Shown here: positions 1-13,960 of the stretch, one piece after another
How the letters are laid out: every line of letters starts with the position of its first letter
Position numbering within the stretch: the first letter of the stretch is position 1
Source of the DNA: Klebsormidium nitens
Lineage: Eukaryota > Plantae > Klebsormidiophyceae
Reading direction: 5' to 3'
NCBI GenBank assembly: GCA_000708835.1
Contig: DF237238.1
Span: 47,570 to 111,569 of the forward strand
Length of the DNA: 64,000 bases
Notes under the pieces: model-generated
What the model was told of the DNA's origin: nothing
The model's input: only the letters and a program-made list of their open reading frames with translations
Database searches by the model: none
Position numbers and translations under genes: made by a program

Positions 1-3000
1 CGAGCGGGCATGGAAGAAGGGGCGAGGGAGGGCGAGCCGTTGAAGAAGCGGAAAGAGAGGGAAGAGGAGAGGGAGGAGCCCGAGAGCAGCAAGCGGCCGC
101 GGGAGGACAGCGACGCGGAGAGCAATCGGGCTCGCGGGAAACGGCCGCGGGAAGACGAGGAGTCGGAGGATTACCGGGGGCTCGAGCGGCGAAGGACGGA
201 CTCTGCAAAGCGGCTGGAGGCCGAGGGGAAGCGGCCGGTGAGTGCGCCGCTGCAGTGGGAGCGGGACCAAAAAGGGAAGCGCACGGGGATCAAAGTCCCC
301 CGCGTGGACTCGCGCGGGGTGTGGTCGCAGGCGCTGGTCGAGACGGAGCCGATCAGGCGGGCGGCTGCGCAGCGGGCGCGGCAGAGGTGGAGAGATGAGG
401 AGAGCGAGAGCGAGGCCGAGGAGTGGGAGTCGGAGAGCACGGACGAGGAGCAGGACGTGGAGGCGGAGGAAGAGAGCGAGGCGGAGAGCGAAGTGGGGGA
501 GAGCGACGCGGTGAGGGGCTGGCTCAAGGAAGCACTGAGTTGGAAGCAAGAGCTACGGATCCGTTACAGGGCTGTTAAAGTTTTCGAAACTCGTTAGCTA
601 AAGCCTGTGGCTCCGGAGCTTTACTGGTGACGTTTCCTTTTGTTTGACTTTGCTGGAAGAATTCAGGGGTTTTCAGTCGTTGTTAGCATGAGAGCAAGCA
701 CGCTGATGAAGGGTGAGCGGAAAGCGAGTGATTTAACGCAGAAGTCCTCCCTCTCTGTTTTCTTAACTCCGGCTTCCAGATCTAGTCCAGGCTCAAGGTA
801 ACGTGCCACTCGCTCTTCAACAGATGCACCGGTTTTGTCGAACCCACTTCTTCTTCGAAGCGATTAACTGGAAGGAGCCTCACTTGCGCACTGAGCATTG
901 TCAGTGCGCACCGCATCGGCCGTTGCGCTGACCAGCTTCTGATCTTCCAGGAGGATGCGCTGAGCGACGAGGAGCCGGAGGACCACACGGCGTGGGTGAT
1001 GGAGGACGACCTGGCGGACCGCACCAACTGGGGCGCCAAGATGACGAAAGCCACCATGGTCCCGCCGGTGTCGCGCAAGTACGAGCTGATCGACGAGTAC
1101 CGCATCGTGTCCGACGAGGCCATGGTGCGCGACAAGATGCGCGCGCAGTTCCCGGACTTCATCCTGAACAAGCTGACGCTGCGCGCGGAGACGGGGCACA
1201 CCGCGGAGATCATCGTGCACCCGCGCAAGGCGCGCAAGATACTCGGGGAGGAGGTGCTGGAGCAAGAAGTGTACGGGATCGACCCGTACACGCACAACCT
1301 GCTGCTCGCCACCATGTGCAGCCTGCCCAAGGTCAAGGCGCCCAAGGTCATCGTGTCAGACGAGGAGCGCCGCACCTTCATCGAGCAGGTACGGCCAAGG
1401 GGAAGCCAAATTCCGTTACTCAAAAGTGTTGAGGGGATGTCGTGCTTGGGTCTGAAAAGGCAATAGTTTGACGTTGTGATGCAATGCCGGGTTCCATTGT
1501 TCCCGTTGCGCTTACAAGGTTCTCTTGTTCAATGAGTTAGCTAGTCAGCGAGACATGGCGTGACACGGTCTGCGGCCTGCTCTTCCCCGCTGCTTCAACT
1601 TTCGCATCTTGGATCGATGTTTGAACCCACTCCCGTTGCTTCGGTAGACTCACGCGCTGTCTTCAGTCGCTGACGGTGCCACGTAATTTTCGCTACAGCC
1701 GCTGCTGATGGCGCTGAACCGTGCTGCGGCCGCGTACACGGGTTACACCAAGGTGCCCGAGTCGCTGGACCTGAAAGTCATCGTCCAGGTGGTGGCCAAG
1801 GAGGCGCACGAGGCGCAGAACCAGCCGCTGAAAGAGTACGCGCTGGCGCTGCTCGAGGCAATGGAGAAACGGCCGCTCGACAAGTACCTCGCATACCGAA
1901 AGGTGCGAGACGGCCCCGCAGATGCGCTGTGGATGGAAGTCTTGTGTGGAGCTTGAGTGATCTTGAAGGAGACATTCCTGCAAAAGCCGTTGCTTCTCGT
2001 AAACGTACCAAGCTCAGATCGCTGCGTCCGCCGAGCATTGCTCCAGTAATCGCTCCCTGGTCGAAGAATATTGGGTTGGGAAAGCGGGCGCGTCTGAGAC
2101 TCCTTTACCAAAACGAAGTAAGCGAGTGCTTTTACCAGCAAGACCGCCTGTACAACGGTTTGTTGGGGGAGCCCGTCTGACTCCTGTTTGCGCGCAGGGG
2201 CTGGGCGTGGTGTGCAACCGCACGGGCATCTGCAAGGACGACTTCGTGGTGGAGTTCCACGGGGAGGTGTACCCGCCGTACCGCTGGTTCGAGAAGGAGG
2301 ATGAGATCCGGCGGCTGCAGAAGAAAGAGGTCGCGCCCGAGTTTTACAACATCATGCTCGAGCGGCCCAAGGTGAGACCACGCCCCAGCAGCGCGGGGGA
2401 CTCTGTCGTGCTAACAGAGTGACGTACTGGGAATCGGTTTTGCTGCTTCAACCGCTGCAACTTTCGTTGCACACAAACAGTCACATCCTTCTATCGTTCT
2501 GAGGGCAAGTGCTACTTTAAGGTAGTTGTGGATCAACCATCCTTCCGAAGGCTGGTTGCGGGATCCGGCAGGTCGAACGGGTATGCAATTACCGCTGCTG
2601 TAGATTTTTTAATATGGTAGGCCACTGTGGTCTCCCTGTGTTCTAGCAGCCCTTGCGCTGCCGGAAGAGTGGAGGGAGAAGTCAAGGGCTGCCTATCGTA
2701 AAAGCGGGTTGTTGACTTGTCGCTCCACTGGTGCGTTGCTGTACGCAGAAGGACCTGGGCGGGTATGACTTGCTGGTGATTGACGCGATGCACAAGGCCA
2801 ACTTTGCGAGCCGGCTGTGCCACTCGTGCACTCCGAACTGCGCCACCAAGGTGACGGCCGTGGACGGACACTACATGATCGGGCTATACGCCATCGAGGA
2901 CATTCAGCCCGGGGAAGAACTCACATTCAACTACCACTCCGTCACCGAGGTGAGCCAATGAAAAGTTCTAGCTCCGTAGGTAGGATAAACTGTTTTCTTT

Positions 3001-6000
3001 GAGATTATCTTTCAAGAGCTTCCTTTGGAGGTGTGGTTTTGCCAGGTACGTGATCGGCTGCTTGTGACGGGTTCGTGAGGCATCACTCCGTTTCTGCCGC
3101 AAAGTGTGGAAGCAAAAATCCGTTGCTTGTGGAAGCGGTTTGCCAAGTTCCCGTCGCTTTCTAGACAGTTGAGGCCCTAACCCCATTTTGAACAAGCTTG
3201 TCAGAAGTTCGAAATACTGGCCGGCTGGGGGCTGCTCTCACGCTCTGTGCGAAAGCATTCGTTGTCCGGAGATCCTCCAATACCAATCTCTAGAGTTTAG
3301 GGTTTTAGGGTTTCAGGATTATAGGCTTTTATGCTGACAGCGCACTCGTCGCGCCCCTGGTGCAGAGCAAGGAGGAGCACGAGCACGCGGTGTGTTTGTG
3401 CGGCAGCCGGCAGTGCCAGGGCAGCTACCTCAACTTCGCGGGCAGCACCAGCTTCCAGCAGGTGATGAACAAGAGCCACGGCGTGCTCAACCGGCACCAC
3501 CTGCTACTCGCCGCCTGCCAAGACCCCACCCTCACTTCCACCGACATCGAGGACCTCGAGAAAGCCGGCTTCAAGAGCTCGCTCCTCGACGGGCTGCCGC
3601 CCTGGGCCGTCAAGTATGCTGCGCAAGTGGTGAGGCTGTGTGTTTCTTTTTTTTTTTAACTCGTCGTTTTCTAAGCTCTGGGTCAGGCAAGCGTAGGAGA
3701 CACACATCAAATGGAGCTTCTCTGGAAAGGCTGTCAACGGGTCACCGGCAGTCTGCACACATCTTTTCGCGACACCCAAGAATTGATCTTGGAGCTGATG
3801 GAAAGCGTCCGATTGTGATTACTGCTGTCTTTCATTTGCAAGCGACACGGTAAGCGTACTCTGGCGTCATTAGTTGAGTGTTTTCTTCAAAGCGCTGTCC
3901 ACACCTTAGACACCGCAAATCATCGCGCTGCCGCAAGCATTTGACTGGCCGGTCTCCTGTCTTGCCAGGCGCACTTCATCTTCTACGAGCGGAAGGCGCT
4001 GCCGGGGGAGCTGCTGGCGCATAACAAGCGGCACAAGCGGCGGCGCGGCGGGGACAGCGATCCAGAGAAGCAGGCCGCGCAAGACGAGGCGGAGGGCGTC
4101 GAGAGCCAGCGCTTGCAGAACCTGGCCATCACTCTCGACAAGGTCCGGCGCTTTCACCGTTGTTGCGCGAGGTCCAGCTGCTTTATGCATCCAAGCATAG
4201 CCCCGCTCGCTACCTCTTATGGAAATGTTCATTCCGTGCGCTCCTGATTTCGCTCTGTTCTGTCCGGTTTCTTGGCATTTAGCAAGCGCCTTAGAAGCTC
4301 GCTATCACGCCCGACAAGGTCCCTGAGCTGGAGCCCTTCCTTCTCATTCCTAGCTTTGTGACGAAATTTGGATATCATTGTTCACTGTCAAGTACAAGTT
4401 CCTTACTTGGTATGCAATGCGTAGCAATAACTTTTTGGAAGGCGTAACTATCAACCTGCTAGGGCTCTGCCTCGACAGCACGAAATAATGTTCCCCATCC
4501 CTCTTGGTATCCATCCCTTCTTAGGTGCGCCACTGTCTGACTGCCCTCTGCGGTTGCCCCGCCACGGAGGCGCCTGCCCCCTTACGGCTGCTGTCCCCCG
4601 GAGAGGTGGTGCAGCGGCTATGGACGGCCGACGATTCGCTGGTGCAGCAGATCCGACGGTACCTGGAGCTCCACGTGGACGATATGGGGCGGCTGGCGCC
4701 CATCCTGGAGGAGCTGCACGTGCAGCGACCACAGGAGACGGAAGAGGGGCTCTCAGCCATGCGGGCAAGCCTCCTCTGGTGAGAATTTTCAAGCGGTCAA
4801 AGTGACTCATGTGAAAGTCTGAGTCAAACCCTGGATGCATAAAAGAATCACAGGCGTCTAATACTAAGAGTCTCAACGGCGCGTTGGACAGCCACAGTGG
4901 GGGTTTTGGGGTTGGTCTGATGTTGCTAGTAAGCACAGGGGTATTTGTTACTCGCAGTTTGCTGCTCATATTTGTGGCCTAGGCTGCCACTCTGCACATA
5001 AAGAAACCTGCACGACACATCACTAGCTGGACGTTGCGATGAAACAGGCTGGCTGGCCCGCTCTTAGAGGGATTCTCAGAGAAGCAACGGGACACGTGCT
5101 CAAGCAAGATTGGTCTGGGCTGTTCCTATTGATTGCTGCTGCCTTATCCTGGGCACAGCAAAGTGTGCGCTACTTACGACACCGTTTTGAATGACAATTG
5201 CCCGGCCTATCGTGCAGGTTGCGCGACGCGCTCATTGCACTGGACATCAAGCCCACTGCGCGGCACGACGCTGCGGCGGACCTGCTCACCATGTACGCCG
5301 CCACCAAGGACTTCTTCACACATGCGGTGAGGCCCGCACCACTCCCGTTTCGCCGCACTCTGCGTGTGGGCACCTAATCCTTGCTTGCGCAGTTGCCTCC
5401 TATGCAGTGTTCCGCACATTCGCATCCGTCAGCACGGACTATCAAGTCCATGTAAGTAAGATTGGAGTGTCCAGCGCTAGTGGTAGGCCTCCAGCTTATG
5501 TAGTACGCCAAAGACCGCAGTACTGCTGAGGAGCTGACATGGCCCCTCCTGTCCGGCCTCATTTGCAGGACTACGTGGCGAGCAGCTTCGAGTCGGAGCC
5601 GGTGACAATCGTGGCCATGGACCTGGGCGTCAAGGAGTCGAGCTTCCCGCCCAAGACGGTGCGCAAGGCGTACAAGCCGTACTTCGTGTGGGGGCAGCTC
5701 ATCAACTGGTACAAGCAGTCGGTGGCCGACCCTGGCGCCACTCTCAACAACGTAAGCCTGTTGCGGTTTCCAAGGGGCTTTTAAGAGCTCCCTAGAATAG
5801 TTTCTGTGGCCCCTGACTTTTGCATCACGCGCCTCTCTGCAATAATTCGTTAGTGGGTCGTCACGCTTTTCTGTACATGGTATTCTCAGCGTTGCTTTTG
5901 GTGCATAGTGCATTCAGCTGTAACTGTGGAGGGCACGAGAGCCAGGATTTGTGCACTTTCGCGGCTTTCTCATTCGAGTGCGATCGGCTCCCATAAGATT

Positions 6001-6675
6001 CGTTTCAGGAGCATACCGGATGATGGGGTTGCGAGAAGGAATGTCACGAGGGTCGTTGTGTTTTGGATTTCCCTTGTTATGACGCAGTTTGCTTTCAGGC
6101 TGATATCAGATTCCCAGGATCCCCTGTGTTCCGCACGCTGACCCAAGCGGCGATTGAGCTGTGCATCTCTGCCCGCAGGTGCGGCGTGGGTGTTTGACGC
6201 TGCCTGACCCCGGGTCCTGCTATTCGGCGACTGCCAAGCAGGCCATCCCCCGCGGTTACGGCCGCAAGCAGAGGGCGCGCATGCTCGACAAGTACATCGT
6301 GAGTACATTCCGGTGATCGAAAGCCATCTTCTGGTCAACAAGGCCTTTTCGCTCGAAGTGCTATCTTGTGGGCGCCTCCTTCTCACCAGCTGTGCTGAAA
6401 AGTTGCTGTCATTCGATCTTGATCTGCTTACTGCTGCTTTGAGGCGTTTTGAACGCGGAGTCTCTGACGCATCTTCCTGACTGGTGCAGACGAACAAGGT
6501 CCAAGGTCCGTGGCCGAAGCAGGAGCAGCACTGGCTGTGGAGCCACAACATCCGAGGGTTGTACGGCACCCCCTGGTTCGACGCTATTCGGGCAGGGCGA
6601 GCCGTGGATTCCGACCTGGTGCATTGGCTGCGCACAAGGCCCGTCTTCGAAGGCCCTTATGATCATGGCCACTGA
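1..6675 (+). CDS. ATXR3: SET-domain histone H3K4 methyltransferase, ATXR3/SDG2 family (5' end outside window, about 12 exons visible)
   Basis: GT-AG exons approx <1-510, 951-1388, 1699-1902, 2198-2371, 2749-2949, 3366-3629, 3969-4142, 4525-4778, 5218-5326, 5569-5751, 6179-6298, 6490-6675. Motifs VYGIDPYTHNLL, GLGVVCN..DDFVVEFHGEVYP, DAMHKANFASRLCHSCTPNC (SET NHS-equivalent), GEELTFNY and post-SET CLCGSRQCQGSYL match plant ATXR3/SDG2. Confidence 0.93.
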
Positions 6676-7548
6676 GGGAGGGAGCTGCCATACATGCATA
6701 GGAACTGTAGAAGAGGAGCGGTTGCCTTTGAGCACGTTGGTAGATAGACATGCAAGAAGTGGATATAGCAGGGACAGATTGAAGCCTGAAAAAAGTCATA
6801 GAATAGTCATTTAGTAATCGTGGATCAAAAAGGGATCGACTTTGGTGCATAGAATCTTCACAACTATTGGGAATCTTCGAGTCCTATTTCGAATCGTTAA
6901 AAGCAATGGTCATGTGAACTGTCGCAGACCACAGCGTCGTTTGCAGCGCTCCGTGAATCAAAGGTTTCATACGTGGAACCATTGCAAGCTCAAATTATTT
7001 CATTCATGAGTAGCAATATAGGGGCATGATATCTATCTGGCATGAGCACTTCGAGCAGCAGCCATTCGAGACCGGGCTGCATGCTAATCAGTCGCCATCA
7101 CGTATGCACCATTCCTATATTATCCCTGATCCGTCATGTGCAGCGCAAAGCTATAGCTTTAGTAAGAGCTGAATCTATTATGTGCATGAAGCTGTACTAC
7201 GAGCTCACGAAGTGTTCAACAAGTATCATGGATTTGTCAATTGCTGTAGCGACTTCGATAACAAATCCCAAAATCGGTAGTAACACACTTTGCGTCCCGG
7301 CCATCATGGATCAAAGGAAACGAACATGCACTCATGGACTTTCTTGCTGATATTGATGAAGCGTCTGGATTCTGGTTTGAGTGCTAGTTGAAGAGACGCA
7401 ACTGCATGTTGCAGAAGACTGACTTACTTGCATCCTAACTTGATCTTACGAACGGTTAGTCGAGAAGAATGGGTCAACGCGCGCACTGTACCGTCCGGTC
7501 CTACCTTTCAGTACTGTACATGTGATAATGTAGACAAGGTGCTCCAGC

Positions 7549-10500
7549 TTACACAAGCTCCTCCCCGGATGCCCTTTTGTGACCTTTGTGCGGACTGCCG
7601 GACCCCCGTCGAGGAGAACTGTTATCAGACCTTTCCCTATGGTCTTCCGCATAAATTACGCCTCGATCTCTGATATTTAAGCCCGGGGTAAGCACCTCCG
7701 CAGGATCAAACCTGGAAGCCCCCGACTCATGATTTCTCCGAGAGCCAACTATCAGTGGCGAAACGTGCCCATTTTCCCTCAACTTTGTGATCATCGAAGC
7801 CCGCTGTGGCTCCTCTGCTCTAGCTGCCTCAAACAGAGGCAACAAACTCCCGCTGGCCGTCGGCAGCAGATCCTGAGCACTTTTCGAACTTCTGTCAGAA
7901 ATGGCCGCAGTGGGCAATGGACTTTCTTTGCATTTGGCACGCCGTTGCTGATACTTGGCTGCGGTGTACCAGAAACCCCCCGCCGTATTGATGGTTATGC
8001 CCAGGATATTCAATGGACTGAAGTCGCCCTGCCGAAAGATGAAGAAGCCGACAAGCTGCAAGCACACAAACGAAGCTTAGAAACAATCACAAAAGATTTG
8101 ACAAGATGCCGAGAAATAGATTCAACCCTAAAGGCTACAAGGATCATGCCAAAAGGCCTTCTCCTTCATATGTCAGAACGAATGTTCTTGATGCGCAGCT
8201 TACATACAAGTCGCACGAACCTCCCTTAGAATGCATAGGGTTGTTCTTCCCCATCATTGCCGCGTGACCACTCAATGCGATTGAACCAACTTATGGCTTC
8301 GCTGTAAATCACTCACGGTAGCCACAACGCCTTTGAGAGCCCCCACGACCGTGGTGGTTAGCGCAGAATTGACGAGCGTGCACAGGAAGAGGCTGTAGTT
8401 GAGCAGGACGCCGATGAAGAGCGACACAATAAGGTTGAGGAGGAAGTAGGAGCCATGCGTGGCTGCGGTGGTGAAAACTGCTGGAACTGAGTCGTACACC
8501 TCGCCCGTGACACAGATGAGCACCACCAGCACGGGAAGCGAGAGAATGCTGTTGTACAGTAACAACTCGAGAGACGTCATGCCCTTCTCGCCGCCGCTGC
8601 GCTCCACCAGCAGCAGATATGTCGCCTGTGCACAGAGACATGGCGCCTTGTTGCCGCTCAGATGTTCAAAGGTGCATGGGATGAGGCATTACCTAAGGGT
8701 TGCGCTACCGGAACCGATCGGTGCACAGATAGCGCACTCAAGGGACTGTGATGGCAATGAGGCAGTTTGCCGAGGCTTCAGCCCTGATGTAAGTCCTTGG
8801 TGCAGGGTTGATGCAGTGATGGCTCCGTCAATTGAATCATCCTGTCAACGACAAATCTTTTCAAAGAGGCTACTGGAGGCATGGTGCGGTACTACACTGC
8901 AGAAAGTGGTCCACCAGCTCCACACAGCAGGAGCAGCCATGTGCATGGACTGCAACGCAAGCAGCCAAGCTGAATGCCTTAACAAGAGAGGAAGCTGTGC
9001 CTGTCTCTGTGCGCACTGACCTGGAGCACGCAGCTCATGAATGCAAGGCCGTAGGCCGTCATGTCAAAGCGGATGTCGCCCACCCCCGCAATGAATGTTC
9101 CCCCCACGATGGTCAGGACCGACGCAGAAACCTGCAAGAGCGAGAAGGCAGATGCCAAACCATGAGGAACGGAGCCTAGCTAACTTCCATCGAACAATCT
9201 TGTCACCGGTGACTAGCACATGGACATGCTGTAGCTTGCCACAGTCTCTGATGCAAGGATCTTATAAGCTACGAGGGAGATCTGGCAATACAACCAGGTG
9301 GCAGTGAGTTGCACGTATGATGCAACAGCTGAGGTTTCCAAAAACGGCACTGCTGGTTCGCTGGCAATTTCGGACCGTAACCTCTCTTCTCACATCCTCT
9401 GACATGACGGTACTGCTTTCATTCGTCTGCTTCTCACCTGCCATGGCGGCTGCACGTTTCCCATGAGGGACTTAACCCCAAGGATGAGCACAGGAGCTGT
9501 AACGAAATCAATGAGAGTCGTTCAGCGCCAGATTAAGGGTCTATGATCGAACACACAACTTGAGAAACCCATGATTTGGCATCGCCGTGCTGGAGTGACC
9601 CACTGTAAAGAGGTACATAATGCAGTTGACTTTTCTGGAAACCTAAGGCTGCTGATTATGCAGACTTGCAATCTCAGCATTCAAGCAGGAAAGCAGCAGT
9701 CCAATCAGACTTTAGCAGCAATAGTCAGTTCCTCCAAACAAGCATTTACGGCGATCAGATTCGTTTGTGATGTCGAGAAGCAGGTGGAACTCACTGATCC
9801 TTTTCAAAACATGGTACATAGGCAAGTTGAGGGTCTTCAAGCTTGCCAGGGCAAAGGCTACGTTTGCATTGTAGAAGAAAACAACGGGCGCCAGTGCATA
9901 TGCCGTCTTCCATTCAAATTTCCGTACCCAAAGAACACCTGTCCATTTCAAGGCATATATAAGCGCAGCAGAGGCTGCCATCTGCAAAAGAGGAGCAAAA
10001 TTGCCTGGTGACCATACGAATTGCAAACAGGGCTTTGCAACATCTGAGAACCGCACGAATATTCCTGAACACTCTTGGGGTGCATTGGCAGCTGAAGTCA
10101 AATCTGAGTCGAAGATCATAGCTTTAGCACTCGGTGTTCATGAAGGTCAGCTAACAACCACTCCAAACTGCATATGCTTTAAATTGTCCGGAATGTTTGA
10201 TTTCAAATGGGTCCATTTTTGAGCATGTAAATGCAGTTCTGCGGCACCTTATTGAATGTTCTACACATGCAGCAAAGGGTGAAGCCGCCAAAATTACTTA
10301 TGTGTGCAAGAGTTTGATAACCTACCTGGAGGGTCAAGAATGTGTTTGGGTACTGAAAATCAATAATAACTGCCTTGTTTATGACTCCCATAGCCACAGC
10401 AACCGCAGCGTAGAATATGCTGGCCAGAAAACTGATCCACTGCAGAGATGAAGGGACATGTAACGATAAGCAATATTTACGTATGCCAACTCCATGAAAA

Positions 10501-10590
10501 CCTTGCCGCTTAAGACGCTGCTCCCAAAGCGCTCCATCAGCAGCTGCATTGCCAGCCGTAGCCTGATAGATCTGCCAAACAACCTGCGTC
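7549..10590 (-). CDS. UTR7: Nucleotide-sugar transporter, SLC35D/UTr7-like (start uncertain)
   Basis: Exons approx 10590-10326, 9981-9795, 9496-9439, 9134-9017, 8625-8317, 8055-7549. They encode AMGVINKAVI, PVVFFYNANVAFALASLKTLNLPMY, LLYNSILSLP, FLCTLVNSALTTTVVGALKGV and LNILGITINTAGGFWYTAAKY, close to Arabidopsis UTr7 as I recall it. Confidence 0.88.
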
Positions 10591-11738
10591 ATTAGGACCA
10601 CCTGCTTGTGACCAGGCTGCTATGCTCCAGTGTTAAACGGCTACAAGTACCTGCCAAGCTGCTCACTCAGATCCAATTATGGAGGAAAAGGTCACAAACA
10701 AGGCTCACGTCAACACAATGGAACAAGACTTTGGACACGCAAAGAGTGCCTTTTCTGAAGACAGATCGTCAAGGCTGGCTTACTTGCTTCCGATCCAACT
10801 CATTGTGTTTTCCTTGATGGTCTCCTTTCTCCTGACCCGCTTTTCCTCTTCGCCAGCCCCCTACTGGCCCTAGTAAGGAACTCAGCAAGTGTGCCATCCC
10901 AAACCCTTTCTTCATCACTCCTGACTGACGGAGATCTGACAAAGTCTCCAGAAACGCTATGCTGATCATCTTGTGCAGTTCTCCAACAAGCGGTACAGAT
11001 TTAGGGCTTCTCAAACAAGAGATGGGCCAAGGGCAGCGCGTTGTTGCCCCCCCCCATTATCAACTCGAACTACACGGGATTTGAAAGATCCAGGCGCTAA
11101 AGTGCTGAAGATTACAGCGTTGAAGCTAATTTGCCAAGAAGCCAACTGCAACCCTCCAGCCTCCAGGTGGCCGCCATCATGGCGCAGCTAGAAACTTTTG
11201 GAGAATGCACTTGAACTTGACAAAGAACTTGAAGCACTAGCCTGCCAGTGAGCCTTGAGGTCAGCGACGAGAGTAGGTAGACATTATGTACCTATCTGTT
11301 GGCAACATAGAAATCTTGGAAATCATGCCTTCGACGACGACTATTATCTTCCATAGGTACAGTAAATTTAACGTCGGGATCGGCTCGTTCTAGCTCGTTC
11401 CCGAATCCTAAGAGGGAAAGTTTGAACGCCCCGTCGAATGTGGCTACCTAATCAATATTTCTTTTACCAAAGAAACCTCGTGTGAGATGACGACTGCAAC
11501 TGCACTGTGCACACTGCAGCTCAGGCACGTTTGCAAAGCGTCTTGACCGGGCGTACCAGGCGTACCTACCTACAACTGGTCATTAATAACAGTCAATCAT
11601 CATATACGGGTCTATCAAATGTAAGTTGTACTGACTTGGCTATACATAGCAATGTTGAGGTTATACCTACGATCCTCTGCCGTTTTATATCTCTGTTCGA
11701 ATATAAAGAAGGGCTCTTCGAGTAATCAAAGATTGACT

Positions 11739-11780
11739 GCCCGGTAGTAAGGCACCTGACTGCCCGGTAGTATGGCACCT
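11739..11780. repeat. Short tandem duplication (~23 bp unit) in intergenic DNA
   Basis: gactgcccggtagtaaggcacct followed by gactgcccggtagtatggcacct. Confidence 0.8.
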
Positions 11781-12680
11781 GGGAGTTTCCATGGCAGAAG
11801 TACACCAATAGAGCTGGGTAGGTAGGTAGCTGGGTAACTACAGTAGGACACGCGTGGTAGTAGTACCGGTAGCTCCCCGGATGACAAGGACGACATTCTT
11901 TTTCCATTTCGGGATAATACCTGGAATTCATCGTCAATCTGCGTCATGCATGGATCTGACCAGACTGATAGATACGCCGAGATGCAGACAGCATCAAACA
12001 CCTGCATGGCGGGTACCACCGTCCACGGTAATCGAGCAATATCCTACCACAAATTTGAAAACTCGAAACTCCGGAAAATTCGTTAAACACCTGATTGAAC
12101 ATTCTCGTTTCCAAATTCCCATCGCAATGTTCCGTACGGTACATACCGAGTTTGTTGGCCGGTGCTGCCAAAAAAAGTAAGTTTGCCCAGGACAGGAATC
12201 CCGAGTACCGGTACCACAAAAAGCACATGTGTGCATGCATGGACTTTCATTTTCTTTTCAGGGGGGAGTTTGATATGTCGTACCAAGCAGCTTCGTAGCC
12301 TGGCCCCCGGCCCCATGTTTCAGTGTCGCGGCATATGAAGCGCGCGCGCATTTCGACTGCAAGGCTGAAGCCATCAGTGCAGGCCCCGGGGCCTAGGCCG
12401 GGCAGGGAGCAATTAGGTAGGTACCTAGCTACGGTACACTGCGTATAATCACGTATCCTGGCACCAGTTGCTGTCTACCGGGCGAATCCAGAGTCAGGAG
12501 TCAGAGAGTAGGCTGTGATGCAGCGACACGTGTGACCGCGTGACTCATGCAATCATGCGAGGTATGGCGCCGCCGGCCGGCCGGCCGCAACAGTCGAATT
12601 CCGTAAGCTATACTCTCGGACTATATGCTATGCGCAGGTCAGGCTGGTAGGTAGGTAGTACTACCTAGGTAGTAGCCTCA

Positions 12681-13630
12681 GGGGCGATTCGCACCCGCCA
12701 ACTTTAAGGCCAACTTTCCGATAACTTTCGCGTAAAGTCCGGGGGACGCGTTCGCACATAAAGTCCGATAAGCTNNNNNNNNNNNNNNNNNNNNNNNNNN
12801 NNNNNNNNNNNNNNNNNNNNNNNNNNNNNNNNNNNNNNNNNNNNNNNNNNNNNNNNNNNNNNNNNNNNNNNNNNNNNNNNNNNNNNNNNNNNNNNNNNNN
12901 NNNNNNNNNNNNNNNNNNNNNNNNNNNNNNNNNNNNNNNNNNNNNNNNNNNNNNNNNNNNNNNNNNNNNNNNNNNNNNNNNNNNNNNNNNNNNNNNNNNN
13001 NNNNNNNNNNNNNNNNNNNNNNNNNNNNNNNNNNNNNNNNNNNNNNNNNNNNNNNNNNNNNNNNNNNNNNNNNNNNNNNNNNNNNNNNNNNNNNNNNNNN
13101 NNNNNNNNNNNNNNNNNNNNNNNNNNNNNNNNNNNNNNNNNNNNNNNNNNNNNNNNNNNNNNNNNNNNNNNNNNNNNNNNNNNNNNNNNNNNNNNNNNNN
13201 NNNNNNNNNNNNNNNNNNNNNNNNNNNNNNNNNNNNNNNNNNNNNNNNNNNNNNNNNNNNNNNNNNNNNNNNNNNNNNNNNNNNNNNNNNNNNNNNNNNN
13301 NNNNNNNNNNNNNNNNNNNNNNNNNNNNNNNNNNNNNNNNNNNNNNNNNNNNNNNNNNNNNNNNNNNNNNNNNNNNNNNNNNNNNNNNNNNNNNNNNNNN
13401 NNNNNNNNNNNNNNNNNNNNNNNNNNNNNNNNNNNNNNNNNNNNNNNNNNNNNNNNNNNNNNNNNNNNNNNNNNNNNNNNNNNNNNNNNNNNNNNNNNNN
13501 NNNNNNNNNNNNNNNNNNTTCCTTTTCGGATCGGCGTGACTTTCCGATAAGCAAAGTACCGATAAGGACTTATCGGAAAGTTAAACTAAGCTTATCGGAA
13601 GGTTAAAATGCTGCGGGTGCGAATCGCCCC
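12681..13630. mobile_element. PIF/Harbinger-like non-autonomous TIR element (MITE) spanning the N gap
   Basis: 18-bp perfect TIR ggggcgattcgcacccgc (12681-12698) / gcgggtgcgaatcgcccc (13613-13630), flanked by a 3-bp direct repeat TCA (12678-12680, 13631-13633). Several subterminal ccgataag/cttatcgg motifs. G-rich ends with a 3-bp TSD are typical of Harbinger/Tourist. Confidence 0.75.
12775..13518. other. Assembly gap (N run)
   Basis: About 745 consecutive n characters. Confidence 1.
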
Positions 13631-13960
13631 TCATTGCTACCTGCTGTACAGTGTGCTGTCCTACGGTACATCTACCGAGCAATGCGGGACTCGGACCTTT
13701 CTGAGTTTCTCCTTCAATCACGGGTGCTCTCTCCCTATGAAGCTATTTCTCCTCCATTGTCAAATCGTGAGATTTTGCACCACTGTTGGCCGGCACTTCA
13801 GAGGGCTTCTGATTAGCAGTGGCGCTGCAGTCGACTTGGTCCACAGTCATCTCTACTGGCATGCTCGTATTGTTGTGGTCCCTGCTGAAGCTGGATCTTT
13901 GACAGCTGCTGCTCTGGAGCGGAGAAGCCTCCGAAGAACGTCAATTTTGATAGAGTCAAA

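Noticed and set aside
7729-8229. Plus-strand 166-aa ORF
   Set aside because: Overlaps the real last exon of the UTr7-like gene on the minus strand.
12661-13554. 297-aa ORF in the ORF track
   Set aside because: Artifact of translating through the N gap.
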